Source: an uncultured Chitinophagaceae bacterium
Lineage (GTDB): Bacteria > Bacteroidota > Ignavibacteria > UBA10030 > UBA8401
Direction: 5' to 3'
NCBI GenBank assembly: GCA_964355925.1
Contig: CAYHFN010000016.1
Location: 1,006-65,005 of the forward strand
DNA length: 64,000 nucleotides
The notes beneath the pieces were generated by a model. It was not told where the DNA came from and ran no database searches. It worked only from the letters and a program-made list of their open reading frames with translations. This document shows, one piece after another, positions 9,512 to 18,003 of this stretch (position 1 is its first letter; each line of letters starts with the position of its first letter). Made by a program: the position numbers and the translations under genes.

Positions 9512-9650
9512 CTATCTCAAAACCAAAGCGTTCTAAAATTAATATGGAATTCCCGCATGCTTTTATCGGGAGTCCATATTACTGGACCCCTGATAGGATC
9601 ATTCGGCCAACGGCCACGTTGTGGGGATAACATAAGACTTTTTGAGATAG
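9512..9650. mobile_element. MITE/REP-like palindromic element
   Basis: Terminal inverted repeat CTATCTCAAAA(9512-9522)/TTTTGAGATAG(9640-9650); internal hairpin AATATGGA-ATTCCCG...CGGGAG-TCCATATT (9541-9580). Confidence 0.55.
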
Positions 9651-9692
9651 GTTATAATAATTCAATAACAGTACATTGGAAGGGATTTCTGG

Positions 9693-10895
9693 ATGTATAA
9701 TTTCGGCACCGCTTTTTTATTTCTTTGTATTATCGTACCAATGACTGTTGAGGCTCAATGGACTCAAACTGCAGTTATCGACGGTGAAGTCCAAATGGTT
9801 GCGTACACAAATTCAGCACTTTTTGCTTCCACAACATTGTATGGTTTGTATCGGTCAACAAACAATGGAACGGACTGGACTTCAATAAAGATCTCTACGT
9901 CAATTGGATCGGTCGAATCAATTGTATCAAGCGGTGAAAAGATCTTTGCAGCGACAATGGGTTCAGGAGTATTTCTTTCAACAAATAACGGAACAACGTG
10001 GACTCCAATCAATACCGGATTATCCTCAAAATATGTTTACGATTTATCAATATCCGGAACGACATTGTTTGCATCTGTTGGCAGTATATTCCGTGCTTCA
10101 GTCACTGATACAGTTTGGAGCGCAATACCTATAGGTCTAACAAATAAATTTGTCCAACAATTGACTGTTTCAGGTACCAACCTGTTTGCATCCACATCGG
10201 ACAGTGTCTTTCGTTCTACAGACAGTGGCGATCATTGGACTTCAGCCAGTACTGGATTGAACTTTACCCAGGGTGATGCGTTATTTGCATCCGGCTCAAC
10301 TCTTTTTCGAGGAGGATTCAACGGCATTTATCGATCGACAAACTATGGAGTTCAGTGGGACAATCTCAATACCGGTCTAATGACCCATTGGGCGAAGAGC
10401 ATTACCATCTACGGATCGAATGTTTTCGTTGGATTATACGGCGGGGGACTTGCTCGATCCCCGGACAATGGTGCAAAATGGTATCACGACAATACGGGTT
10501 GGAACGGATTTGAATCGGTCACTTCATTGGATGTTTCCGGCACACATCTTTTTGCTGTGGCAGACCGGCAAGTTTGGAGACGGTCTCTTTCGCAAATAAC
10601 TTTCACATCTGATCAGTCAGTTGTTGTTCCTAAACAAATGGAGCTGCGGCAGAATTTCCCGAATCCCTTCAATCCCTCCACTACGATTCAATACGCTCTT
10701 CCTTTAGCGACACATGTAAAACTGACCATTCACGACATTCTGGGGAGAGAAGTTGCAACACTTGTGAACGAAGAACAGTCTGCTGGATGGAAGGATGTGC
10801 ATTTTAATGCGAGTAATTTATCAAGCGGCGTCTACTTCTATAAACTTCAAGCAGGGACGTTTATCGGAGTAAAAAAGCTTCTGTTGACGAAGTAA
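9693..10895 (+). CDS. Secreted BNR/Asp-box beta-propeller protein with T9SS C-terminal sorting domain
   Basis: Signal peptide (VEA-QW); repeated RSTNNGxxW Asp-boxes; CTD QNFPNPFNPSTTIQY...SGVYFYKL...KKLLLTK. Confidence 0.9.
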   Translation: MYNFGTAFLFLCIIVPMTVEAQWTQTAVIDGEVQMVAYTNSALFASTTLYGLYRSTNNGTDWTSIKISTSIGSVESIVSSGEKIFAATMGSGVFLSTNNGTTWTPINTGLSSKYVYDLSISGTTLFASVGSIFRASVTDTVWSAIPIGLTNKFVQQLTVSGTNLFASTSDSVFRSTDSGDHWTSASTGLNFTQGDALFASGSTLFRGGFNGIYRSTNYGVQWDNLNTGLMTHWAKSITIYGSNVFVGLYGGGLARSPDNGAKWYHDNTGWNGFESVTSLDVSGTHLFAVADRQVWRRSLSQITFTSDQSVVVPKQMELRQNFPNPFNPSTTIQYALPLATHVKLTIHDILGREVATLVNEEQSAGWKDVHFNASNLSSGVYFYKLQAGTFIGVKKLLLTK

Positions 10896-10917
10896 TAGTT
10901 TGACTATTCAAAAAGTG

Positions 10918-10953
10918 AAGGCCGTTCTTCAGAAGAGCGGCCTTTTTCTTTTT
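10918..10953 (+). terminator. Intrinsic terminator
   Basis: AAGGCCGTTCTT-CAG-AAGAGCGGCCTT followed by TTTCTTTTT. Confidence 0.85.
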
Positions 10954-11044
10954 GGTTAATGTCCGCGAAGCATCTCGGTTTAGAATAGTCTGCTTGAGTC
11001 GTTAAAGACAACATGCATGATAATCTTAAATGAAACAGGCTTAT

Positions 11045-11265
11045 CTAGTGCCGTTTCTCAGAATTTTTCTGGCGTTTGTTTCTGTAGTTGAGATACTATT
11101 TATAGCGCGATAGACTTCCCTATGTGACTTGTAATAAATAATGGTGAAGACTGAGTTCCTGATATCTGTAAACCGGCATTCAATGTGGTTGAGCCATGAA
11201 GCATTTGTCGGCGTCCATATAAGATTGATATTATTGTTCTTTGATCATTGAAGGACTTTTTTTGT
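11045..11265 (-). pseudogene. IS630-family transposase 3' remnant with its terminal end
   Basis: Manual translation KKVLQ*SKNNNINLIWTPTNASWLNHIECRF...RAIK*YLNYRN...KRH*; the TP..SWLN.IE motif is typical of IS630; it ends at ...GGCACTAG, an IS630-type terminus. Confidence 0.8.
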
Positions 11266-11488
11266 CACTCATCTTGCAGGTATACATTTGCCCCATGGCT
11301 GAATTAGATGGGTACGGCTCAATAGCAAGATTGGGGAGCGGGTGTGTTGGTTCGTTATAGAAGACAAACTAAAAAAAAGAGCCTCTCGGCTCCTTTTTGG
11401 TCATGCTGAAAGATCGCGTTTTTAAAGAACTCAGAAAGCTCAGTAAACGTGATTTCGGTCTGTATTAGTAACTGTGGAATATTCTGAG

Positions 11489-11626
11489 ATCCTGCCCCCC
11501 GCTACTAAAATGAAGAATCGGAGCTTGTCTCCAATTTTTCATTTTAGGGTAATAGGAAGAATTATTTTCAATCTGAACGCTTTTTGTGAAGTGCCGCCGT
11601 TTTCGGCGGCATCCGCCCCCCGCTAC
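11489..11626 (+). repeat. Two tandem tRNA-fMet-like 3'-end fragments (putative att scars at the island end)
   Basis: ATCCTGCCCCCCGCTAC (11489-11505) and ATCCGCCCCCCGCTAC (11611-11626); both resemble the T-arm 3' strand plus acceptor CCCCGCT-A of initiator tRNA. Confidence 0.55.
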
Positions 11627-11627
11627 A

Positions 11628-11670
11628 AACATTGCCACACGATTTATTTTCATGTGGCAATGTTATTTTT
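11628..11670. terminator. Hairpin terminator, possibly bidirectional
   Basis: AACATTGCCACA...TGTGGCAATGTT stem followed by ATTTTT; lies between the att-like copy and the histidine kinase stop. Confidence 0.65.
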
Positions 11671-11705
11671 AAATCTTTTCTTCAAGTAGTAATGGTGATT
11701 GTCGA

Positions 11706-13724
11706 TTATACTGGAAGCACAATTGAAAAGATAGAACCGTGAGGTTGGTTATTTCTTACTGAAAGAGAGCCTTTGTGCTGCATAATAATTTGCTGAGTTA
11801 TTGCAAGTCCCATTCCTGTACCGTTCGATTTTGTTGTAAAATAAAGATCAAATATTTTTTCCATTAGTTCAGGATCTATCCCTGTTCCGGTATCAACAAT
11901 TTCAATTCTCACGTCGCTGTTTCTCTTAACAAGAGAAAGCGAAACCGTCCCTTCTTCCGAAGTAGCGTCCAGAGCATTTTGCAAAAGATTCAAAAGTGCT
12001 TGAGTCATCTGTTCGAAATCGATATATAACGAAATTTCTTCCGTCTGGGAAGAAAAATTAACTTTCCTTTCCTTTGCCTGAGATTGAAATAATGTGGAAA
12101 GATGGTTCATCAGTACCAATGACGAAACAACCATTGGTGTAATTTTTTTTGGTCTTGCAAATATTAAAAATTGTTGGACAATTCCATTCACACGGACAGA
12201 TTCTTTTTTGAGCACTCCGGTAAGTTCTTTGTATTCTTTCAATCCCTTTTTAGGGATAAATTCTTTTTCATATCGTTGAGCTATCATTGAAATTGCGTTC
12301 AATGGATTCCTAATTTCATGGGCAACTCCTGCGGCTAACTCTCCCATTGCAGTCAATTTCTCTTTTCGTAGTATCTCACGTTCCAATCGTTTAGACTCGG
12401 TAAGGTCTTTAATCAATATCGTTTGGCTTTCCGTTGAACCATCTTTTTTGGAAGTGTTAGACACGGATATTGAAAGGACAAATTCTTTTCCATCAACAAT
12501 TAACGTATGATCCCGCAAAGCGTCTTGTTGAATTTCAATAATTGCTTGAAATGAATTCCGTAATCCATCAGGCAATTCCTCAATTGTTTTTCCCAAAGTA
12601 CGATCCGATGGTATCCCGAAGAACTCTTCCGCTCGTTTATTGAAGATTGTTATCCGCCGTAGATCATCGAACGTTATTACAATATCATGCATTGTATGCA
12701 GAATGTTTTCAGTGAAGAGTTGTACTCGTTCATATTTTTTTGACATCAACTGATAATTTTGGTTCGCAATGATAGCCGTAAAAATGACAGCACCGATAGA
12801 AATAAACACAAGTGACATAATGAACATTCTACGCCACATTCGGCTTTCAACAGAACGGATTTCATCCATAGATATCCCAATTCGCAAAAGCCCAATTACC
12901 GACTGCTCAATCGTTAAAGCACGCACCACTTCAAATACTTCACGATCTTTAAATATTGTTTTGTGAGTGATAGTAGAATCATAACGCAGTGCATCTCGTA
13001 AGATCGTATCATCGTTAATTCTTGTCATTTCGGTAATACCATTCGTCGCCGCAATTATTCCCATACTATCTTGGAGCACAACATATTCTATTCCACTATT
13101 ATTGCTGAGATCGTTAATGAGCCGACCTATACCGATCTTCTTTCGGAATTCCGTTATCTCTTTTGCATCGAGTGTTAGGACAATAACACCACGATGCGGA
13201 GCAGAACGTTTCACGGCAACTGCAAATCTTTTTCCATCCATAAATCGTGATTCTTTGAATCCGATAATCATACGATCCGTCTCCCCACGCAAAATCGGAG
13301 CAAACACCGGCGAAGACATATTTTGGTCGCGCATCGCGATGCCATATCCTAGAGGATTATGACTAGAGGCAATTCTTTTTCCTTTTACATCAAAAATGTG
13401 AATACGAAATATTTTATTTTCGTTTGCAATGCGTGTAAGATCAGTCTGTTGTAATGTGTTTACACTATCCATTCGGGCAATGAACGATGCGTTATTAAAA
13501 AGACGTTCGGCAAGTTGTTGCTCAATATATTCCGATGAGAGAACAATATTTGAACTGCTTCGTTCTACAATTTCAGCAAGAGAAACTGAATGCTCTTCCA
13601 ATAGATGAAACAATTCATCTTTACTTTGGCGAAGTTCAATGTATGCGGAGACAAACATCAATACTGCGATACTGAATGTTACAGCGATGATGTAACGAGG
13701 TTGGATATTTGAGAGGATCTTCAC
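11706..13724 (-). CDS. Membrane sensor histidine kinase (ZraS/AtoS-like; periplasmic sensor, PAS, HisKA, HATPase)
   Basis: Two TM segments; AAGVAHEIRNPL H-box, NLLQNALDA, DTGTGI, GTGMGL; probable GTG start at 13724. Confidence 0.92.
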   Translation of the reverse strand: MKILSNIQPRYIIAVTFSIAVLMFVSAYIELRQSKDELFHLLEEHSVSLAEIVERSSSNIVLSSEYIEQQLAERLFNNASFIARMDSVNTLQQTDLTRIANENKIFRIHIFDVKGKRIASSHNPLGYGIAMRDQNMSSPVFAPILRGETDRMIIGFKESRFMDGKRFAVAVKRSAPHRGVIVLTLDAKEITEFRKKIGIGRLINDLSNNSGIEYVVLQDSMGIIAATNGITEMTRINDDTILRDALRYDSTITHKTIFKDREVFEVVRALTIEQSVIGLLRIGISMDEIRSVESRMWRRMFIMSLVFISIGAVIFTAIIANQNYQLMSKKYERVQLFTENILHTMHDIVITFDDLRRITIFNKRAEEFFGIPSDRTLGKTIEELPDGLRNSFQAIIEIQQDALRDHTLIVDGKEFVLSISVSNTSKKDGSTESQTILIKDLTESKRLEREILRKEKLTAMGELAAGVAHEIRNPLNAISMIAQRYEKEFIPKKGLKEYKELTGVLKKESVRVNGIVQQFLIFARPKKITPMVVSSLVLMNHLSTLFQSQAKERKVNFSSQTEEISLYIDFEQMTQALLNLLQNALDATSEEGTVSLSLVKRNSDVRIEIVDTGTGIDPELMEKIFDLYFTTKSNGTGMGLAITQQIIMQHKGSLSVRNNQPHGSIFSIVLPV

Positions 13725-13827
13725 TGGATTTGGCTTTTTTTCATATATGATGCAGTCTGATAGCAATAAGATGCATTAAAAAAACATGGAAAACGAAACC
13801 AAATCCAGATGCTACAAAGTATTTAGA

Positions 13828-14955
13828 TCAAAATGGTAATGAAAACTCAATTGTGATTGCATTGTTACTATAATCATAATAAGCATCGTTGGAAGTATTT
13901 CTGATAACATCTAACGACGTTTTAAGAGAAAAACCAAGATCGATAAATTCTTTTTGCAGAAGAATATTGCCGTACATTCGAGTATCAATTCGTTGATCGG
14001 CAATTACATTTCCATCCCAGTCGTATGCCGAAAGCGATGAATACAGTTTGTTTTGAATACCACCCGATAACTTCAATGTAATCGATTCCGAAAGGAGTGA
14101 TGTTATTGCGGCGTTTGTATGAAAGCCTTCGTAACCATAATGGTCATCAAACAGTTCGTCATCTGAAATAAATCCATAATCAGAACTTAGATACCGAGTC
14201 TGTTTTTGGATGTTCCATTGATACCGTTCCGTAATACTTACACCTACTTCATCAGTGATACGTTGACCAATTTTAACCATTCCTATCAATTGCGTAACGC
14301 TCGGTATCAGGGACGACATTACCCCTTTCCTCATGGATGAAGAAGAACCTGACGGTGTTGAAGAATAGAATTTTGTTCCGAGATCAGCTTGAAGTATTGC
14401 AGTTGTTGTTGAAGTTGCAGCAAACGCAGCGTGAGCAAATATTGCATGTTCGGTAAAACTAAAATCAGTCAACGAAGAAAAACTTATTGCCTTAATTGAA
14501 TAGCCGAACTTATTGATCAACCAGTCATTCACAAAATATTTGTAATTGAAATATCCTGATAGTTGTGAATGATCAAAGAGAACAAAATCATCACGATTGA
14601 TGCTTGTGCCGACTAACCCTCCCACTGAAAGAGTATTTTGGCCTTCATCACCATACGCGTGATTGAATTCCACATTCACCGAATGAAAGTGATTTGTCCG
14701 CTGTAAAAATGAATCATAATACGTGAACGAACCATCGTAATATAAACTTGTGTAATTATTTTCTTTGTCCCAGGAATATCCGCTATTGAGATTGACCGTT
14801 GTGACATTACTTTTTAATTGGAGAGCATTATTATTCACATTGTCATCAGCCATTGTACTTATCGTTGACCGCATATTGAATTGAGCAGAGAGAGATTGTC
14901 CGAACACAAACAACGATATTATTACAACTACGGGAATTGATTTGAACGTTTTCAT
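13828..14955 (-). CDS. Putative outer-membrane beta-barrel protein
   Basis: Signal peptide (LSA-Q), Tyr/Phe-rich alternating beta strands, C-terminal Phe. Confidence 0.65.
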   Translation of the reverse strand: MKTFKSIPVVVIISLFVFGQSLSAQFNMRSTISTMADDNVNNNALQLKSNVTTVNLNSGYSWDKENNYTSLYYDGSFTYYDSFLQRTNHFHSVNVEFNHAYGDEGQNTLSVGGLVGTSINRDDFVLFDHSQLSGYFNYKYFVNDWLINKFGYSIKAISFSSLTDFSFTEHAIFAHAAFAATSTTTAILQADLGTKFYSSTPSGSSSSMRKGVMSSLIPSVTQLIGMVKIGQRITDEVGVSITERYQWNIQKQTRYLSSDYGFISDDELFDDHYGYEGFHTNAAITSLLSESITLKLSGGIQNKLYSSLSAYDWDGNVIADQRIDTRMYGNILLQKEFIDLGFSLKTSLDVIRNTSNDAYYDYSNNAITIEFSLPF

Positions 14956-15284
14956 TTTTGTTTTCCTTGTTGGCGTTTGCCGGTTTGTTTTCCTATTTCC
15001 ATTTTTCCACGACGGAATCCTAACCCTTGTTCGCGATTATCACAGATTCCGTCGCCGTTAGTGTCTATAAATTGATCACGCATTCTTGTTGTTGTTGATT
15101 TTCCAGATTGCTCTTTTTCTTTTGCATCATCAATTCCGTTTGCATTCAGGTCTTTTATGATAGTGGTTGTTTTTTTCTCCGGTATATTTTGTTTACCGGT
15201 ATTCTGTGATGGTTGCGCTATCATTAATGTGCTCAACATAAACGTAATAACAATTATTGCCTGCACTATTTTTGAATTTTTCAT
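14952..15284 (-). CDS. Small secreted protein with DLNANGIDD and FIDTNGDGICD motifs
   Basis: Signal peptide (MIA-Q); Dx[DN]xDG loops; Gly/Lys-rich tail; start reassigned to MKNSK. Confidence 0.75.
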   Translation of the reverse strand: MKNSKIVQAIIVITFMLSTLMIAQPSQNTGKQNIPEKKTTTIIKDLNANGIDDAKEKEQSGKSTTTRMRDQFIDTNGDGICDNREQGLGFRRGKMEIGKQTGKRQQGKQK

Positions 15285-15297
15285 ATTCCACACTCGG

Positions 15298-16005
15298 TTA
15301 ATTGGAGCAGTTACCATTGCCGCGCTCCATAGAGCCGGAAATTATTTGTTCATATTCTGATATCGATAAATATTGTGGGACATATGTTACACCTCGTGAT
15401 TTTAGATTTCTTGCAAATGCTCGAAGATGATTTCGAGAACCACGCATCAGATTATCATACACAAATGTAATGTCCTGATTATTAGTTTCTTTCAAATGTT
15501 TTTGAAGATCGACAATATCTACTTCTTCAATCGTTGCTCCAATCTTTAATGCATCAATAATACTCTTATTCCCTTGCACCAAAAGAGCACTATATAAGTT
15601 TTGTAATACCACATCTTTGAAAATTCCCGCACCATTTGCACCAACAGGATCTTGCAATGAATATCTGGTCAATAACGATAGAATAGCATTCATGTGTATT
15701 TGTTCACTGCGGGTAATATTAGAAAAAGGACGCAAGTTCCATTTTGAATACAATGCCGTATAAGCATCACGAGCTAACTTCTCTTCTTCACGCATGTAGA
15801 TCAGACCATTTTCTTCATCGTTCGACAATGAATCCGATGCTATTTCATCCAATGAGATCATTACTGCTGCACCGTTTTCTTCTGGAATATTTAAGTATTG
15901 TTCTGATGTTTCATTTGACGTTGGTCCCGATGCTGCTTTGTCACATCCTGTAGCGGTGATCAATATTGCCGAAATCAGTAAAAGCGAATAAGAGATTTTT
16001 TTCAT
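15298..16005 (-). CDS. DUF2202 ferritin-like lipoprotein
   Basis: Lipobox ATGC; MREEEKLARDAY, SEQIH, IEEVDIVDL, GSRNHLRAF di-metal ligands; start MKKIS with AAAGGA RBS. Confidence 0.9.
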   Translation of the reverse strand: MKKISYSLLLISAILITATGCDKAASGPTSNETSEQYLNIPEENGAAVMISLDEIASDSLSNDEENGLIYMREEEKLARDAYTALYSKWNLRPFSNITRSEQIHMNAILSLLTRYSLQDPVGANGAGIFKDVVLQNLYSALLVQGNKSIIDALKIGATIEEVDIVDLQKHLKETNNQDITFVYDNLMRGSRNHLRAFARNLKSRGVTYVPQYLSISEYEQIISGSMERGNGNCSN

Positions 16006-16088
16006 GGATGCATCCTTTTCTAGTGTTTGAAATAGTGTTATCGTTAGTGTGTATGGAGAGTTCACACTTTCCATACACTGTAAATCAT

Positions 16089-16439
16089 TTATTTCTTACT
16101 ACCGCGATTTGCATTTCCTTTTGAACCTGTTCCATCACAAACACCCGTTCCGGTGCAATTCCCGCTGCCAAAACCTGTTCCGTCTTTTGGTCCCTGACCT
16201 TTAAGACCTGTTCCATCTTTCGGACCATTACCTTTACCTTTTCCTGCATTTCCCATCTTCTGCCCTTGATGTGTTCCGACATTATCACAAATTCCGTCAC
16301 CATCTTGATCGACAAAATATTGACCTTGTCCTTTTGGTGTTCCGGTTCCTTTGCTCTGAGCCGAAGCTGTTTCCGAGAACATAAGACCAAGTGCCAATAC
16401 AACTGCAAGTGTGAGTGTTGCATTCATAATGTGTTTCAT
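16089..16439 (-). CDS. Small secreted Gly-rich protein with FVDQDGDGICD and GPKDGTG repeats
   Basis: AGGAGG RBS; signal peptide (ASA-Q); GPKDGTG x2; C-terminal CTGTGVCDG. Confidence 0.8.
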   Translation of the reverse strand: MKHIMNATLTLAVVLALGLMFSETASAQSKGTGTPKGQGQYFVDQDGDGICDNVGTHQGQKMGNAGKGKGNGPKDGTGLKGQGPKDGTGFGSGNCTGTGVCDGTGSKGNANRGSKK

Positions 16440-16508
16440 AAAACCTCCTGTAAATATTTTGATTTGATAATTAGTGATTTGAACTTTATCAGTTCTGGTC
16501 ATAGTATC

Positions 16509-16523
16509 ACAACCACCGTGCCA
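16509..16523 (-). promoter_or_regulatory. sigma54 (-24/-12) promoter
   Basis: TGGCACG-GTGG-TTGT on the minus strand, one mismatch to TGGCACG-N4-TTGC. Confidence 0.75.
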
Positions 16524-16584
16524 GAGATTATTTGGCGATTTTGCTGAAGTATTTTAACGATTTAAATTTAAAGAGAAATAATTA

Positions 16585-16620
16585 CGACATTTCTGTCGAC
16601 ATGATTCGACAATAATGTCG
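16585..16620. promoter_or_regulatory. Paired palindromic activator sites CGACA-N4-TGTCG
   Basis: CGACATTTCTGTCG (16585-16598) and CGACAATAATGTCG (16607-16620), 22 bp apart, upstream of the sigma54 promoter. Confidence 0.7.
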
Positions 16621-16697
16621 AATACTTTTTTGCAGTTAGATTTGAAACGAAAGAAAGAAGGAACAGCTATGTCTACTCTTTTATGATGATTGAAATT

Positions 16698-17474
16698 TCA
16701 TCGAAGGCTTTGCAAATACTTTTGCAGTTGAACAGGATTGTCAGTCATAATAGCATCGCAGCCAATGGCAATAACATTTTGAAAATCTACAGTTGTATTC
16801 GGTGTGAAGGTGATAAGTTCTGCATTAGAAGCTTTTGACATTTCGGTAATTGCGCGAGTTAAGCTGCCATAATCCAAAAGCACTCGAGAATGCTTTTTCA
16901 CCGCATTTGAGAAAAGAGTTGGGTTGCCAATTTCAATTGCTGTTTGGAAAGAAGAATTCAATTTTAACAGCGTGTCCAATGTGGCTTCATTGGTTGAAGT
17001 TGCAATTACAATGTTTTCCATTTTGTGGAACCGAACCAATCGTTCAATCTGCAATGCCGTCTCAATGATCGTTTTCCCTTGCCCCTCTTTCACATCAAAA
17101 TATATCTTACGAAATCTTTCTTTATATCGATCAAGAAATTGAGCAACAGTTAACGATGTACCACCGGTCTTTCTGAATACCGCTTCGCGCAATTCTTGAG
17201 CGGTATAATATTGGACATAACCGGTTAGATCCGTTAACCGAGATAGTTCATCATCATGAATAACAAAGACAGAATCATCTTTTGTCATAAAAACATCAGT
17301 CTCGACCGCATCAATACCGAGTGATACAACGGCATCGAAACCTTCTTTAGAGTTTTCAGGAAAAGAAAGTGGCAAACCACGATGGGCAATAACTGCAGGT
17401 AGCGACTTGTTTTCTTGCACATCCGAGCAGCTAATAAAAAGAAAAGCGATAACCGATAGTAAGACCGATCTCAA
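16698..17474 (-). CDS. Glycerophosphodiester phosphodiesterase family lipoprotein
   Basis: IAHRG, PENS, ETDV..TKD, HD..L.R, IMTDNP; lipobox FISC; probable TTG start at 17474. Confidence 0.9.
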   Translation of the reverse strand: MRSVLLSVIAFLFISCSDVQENKSLPAVIAHRGLPLSFPENSKEGFDAVVSLGIDAVETDVFMTKDDSVFVIHDDELSRLTDLTGYVQYYTAQELREAVFRKTGGTSLTVAQFLDRYKERFRKIYFDVKEGQGKTIIETALQIERLVRFHKMENIVIATSTNEATLDTLLKLNSSFQTAIEIGNPTLFSNAVKKHSRVLLDYGSLTRAITEMSKASNAELITFTPNTTVDFQNVIAIGCDAIMTDNPVQLQKYLQSLR

Positions 17475-17949
17475 AATATTTACTTTCGTAGGCAAGGAAT
17501 TGTTGTTCAACACGATAATTTGGGATGGAGAAACGTTCTTCTAAATATTTAACAACAGCAATAGAACTTCCAATAATAATATGATCCCCGTATTGAGATT
17601 CATATCCCACTTGACTATGCAATGATTTTATCTTAAGACTATACACATTCTTTTCATTGCTCTTAAAGATACTATATCCTCCCGACAAATAAAATTGATT
17701 CTTACCGGAATTCAGATAATATATTGCACCAATACTATACGAGTACAAAAAATCATACCCAATTCCGAGATCGACTCCAAATGTTTCATCTTTAATAAAT
17801 TTAGAGTGGAATGAAAACCCAGAAAGATGAATACCTTTATATCCGGCATTTATGTCTAATCGGTACGGGGTTAGCGGTTGATCGGATTCTTGAGCCTTAC
17901 TAATCGTTTGCGAAGCTATAAAAAGAAAAATAAAAAAATACAGTTTCAC
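17431..17949 (-). CDS. Small putative outer-membrane beta-barrel protein
   Basis: Signal peptide (SKA-Q); C-terminal GLTIGYRF-type strand. Confidence 0.6.
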   Translation of the reverse strand: MKLYFFIFLFIASQTISKAQESDQPLTPYRLDINAGYKGIHLSGFSFHSKFIKDETFGVDLGIGYDFLYSYSIGAIYYLNSGKNQFYLSGGYSIFKSNEKNVYSLKIKSLHSQVGYESQYGDHIIIGSSIAVVKYLEERFSIPNYRVEQQFLAYESKYFEIGLTIGYRFSFY

Positions 17950-18003
17950 TAGATTCCCATTTCATTTATAATATTTGTGGCTGCGGAGAACCGCATTACC
18001 CAA

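Noticed and set aside
9693-10895. T9SS cargo co-occurring with flagella as a novelty
   Set aside because: Already known for Ignavibacteria-like genomes; useful only as a taxonomic hint.
11465-11689. Short ORFs on both strands, or a complete tRNA
   Set aside because: The ORFs run through att-like repeats and hairpins with no protein motif; no D-arm or anticodon arm is present, so it is not a full tRNA.
16085-16423. 112-aa alternative-frame ORF
   Set aside because: Overlaps the real gene at 16089-16439, which has the RBS and signal peptide.
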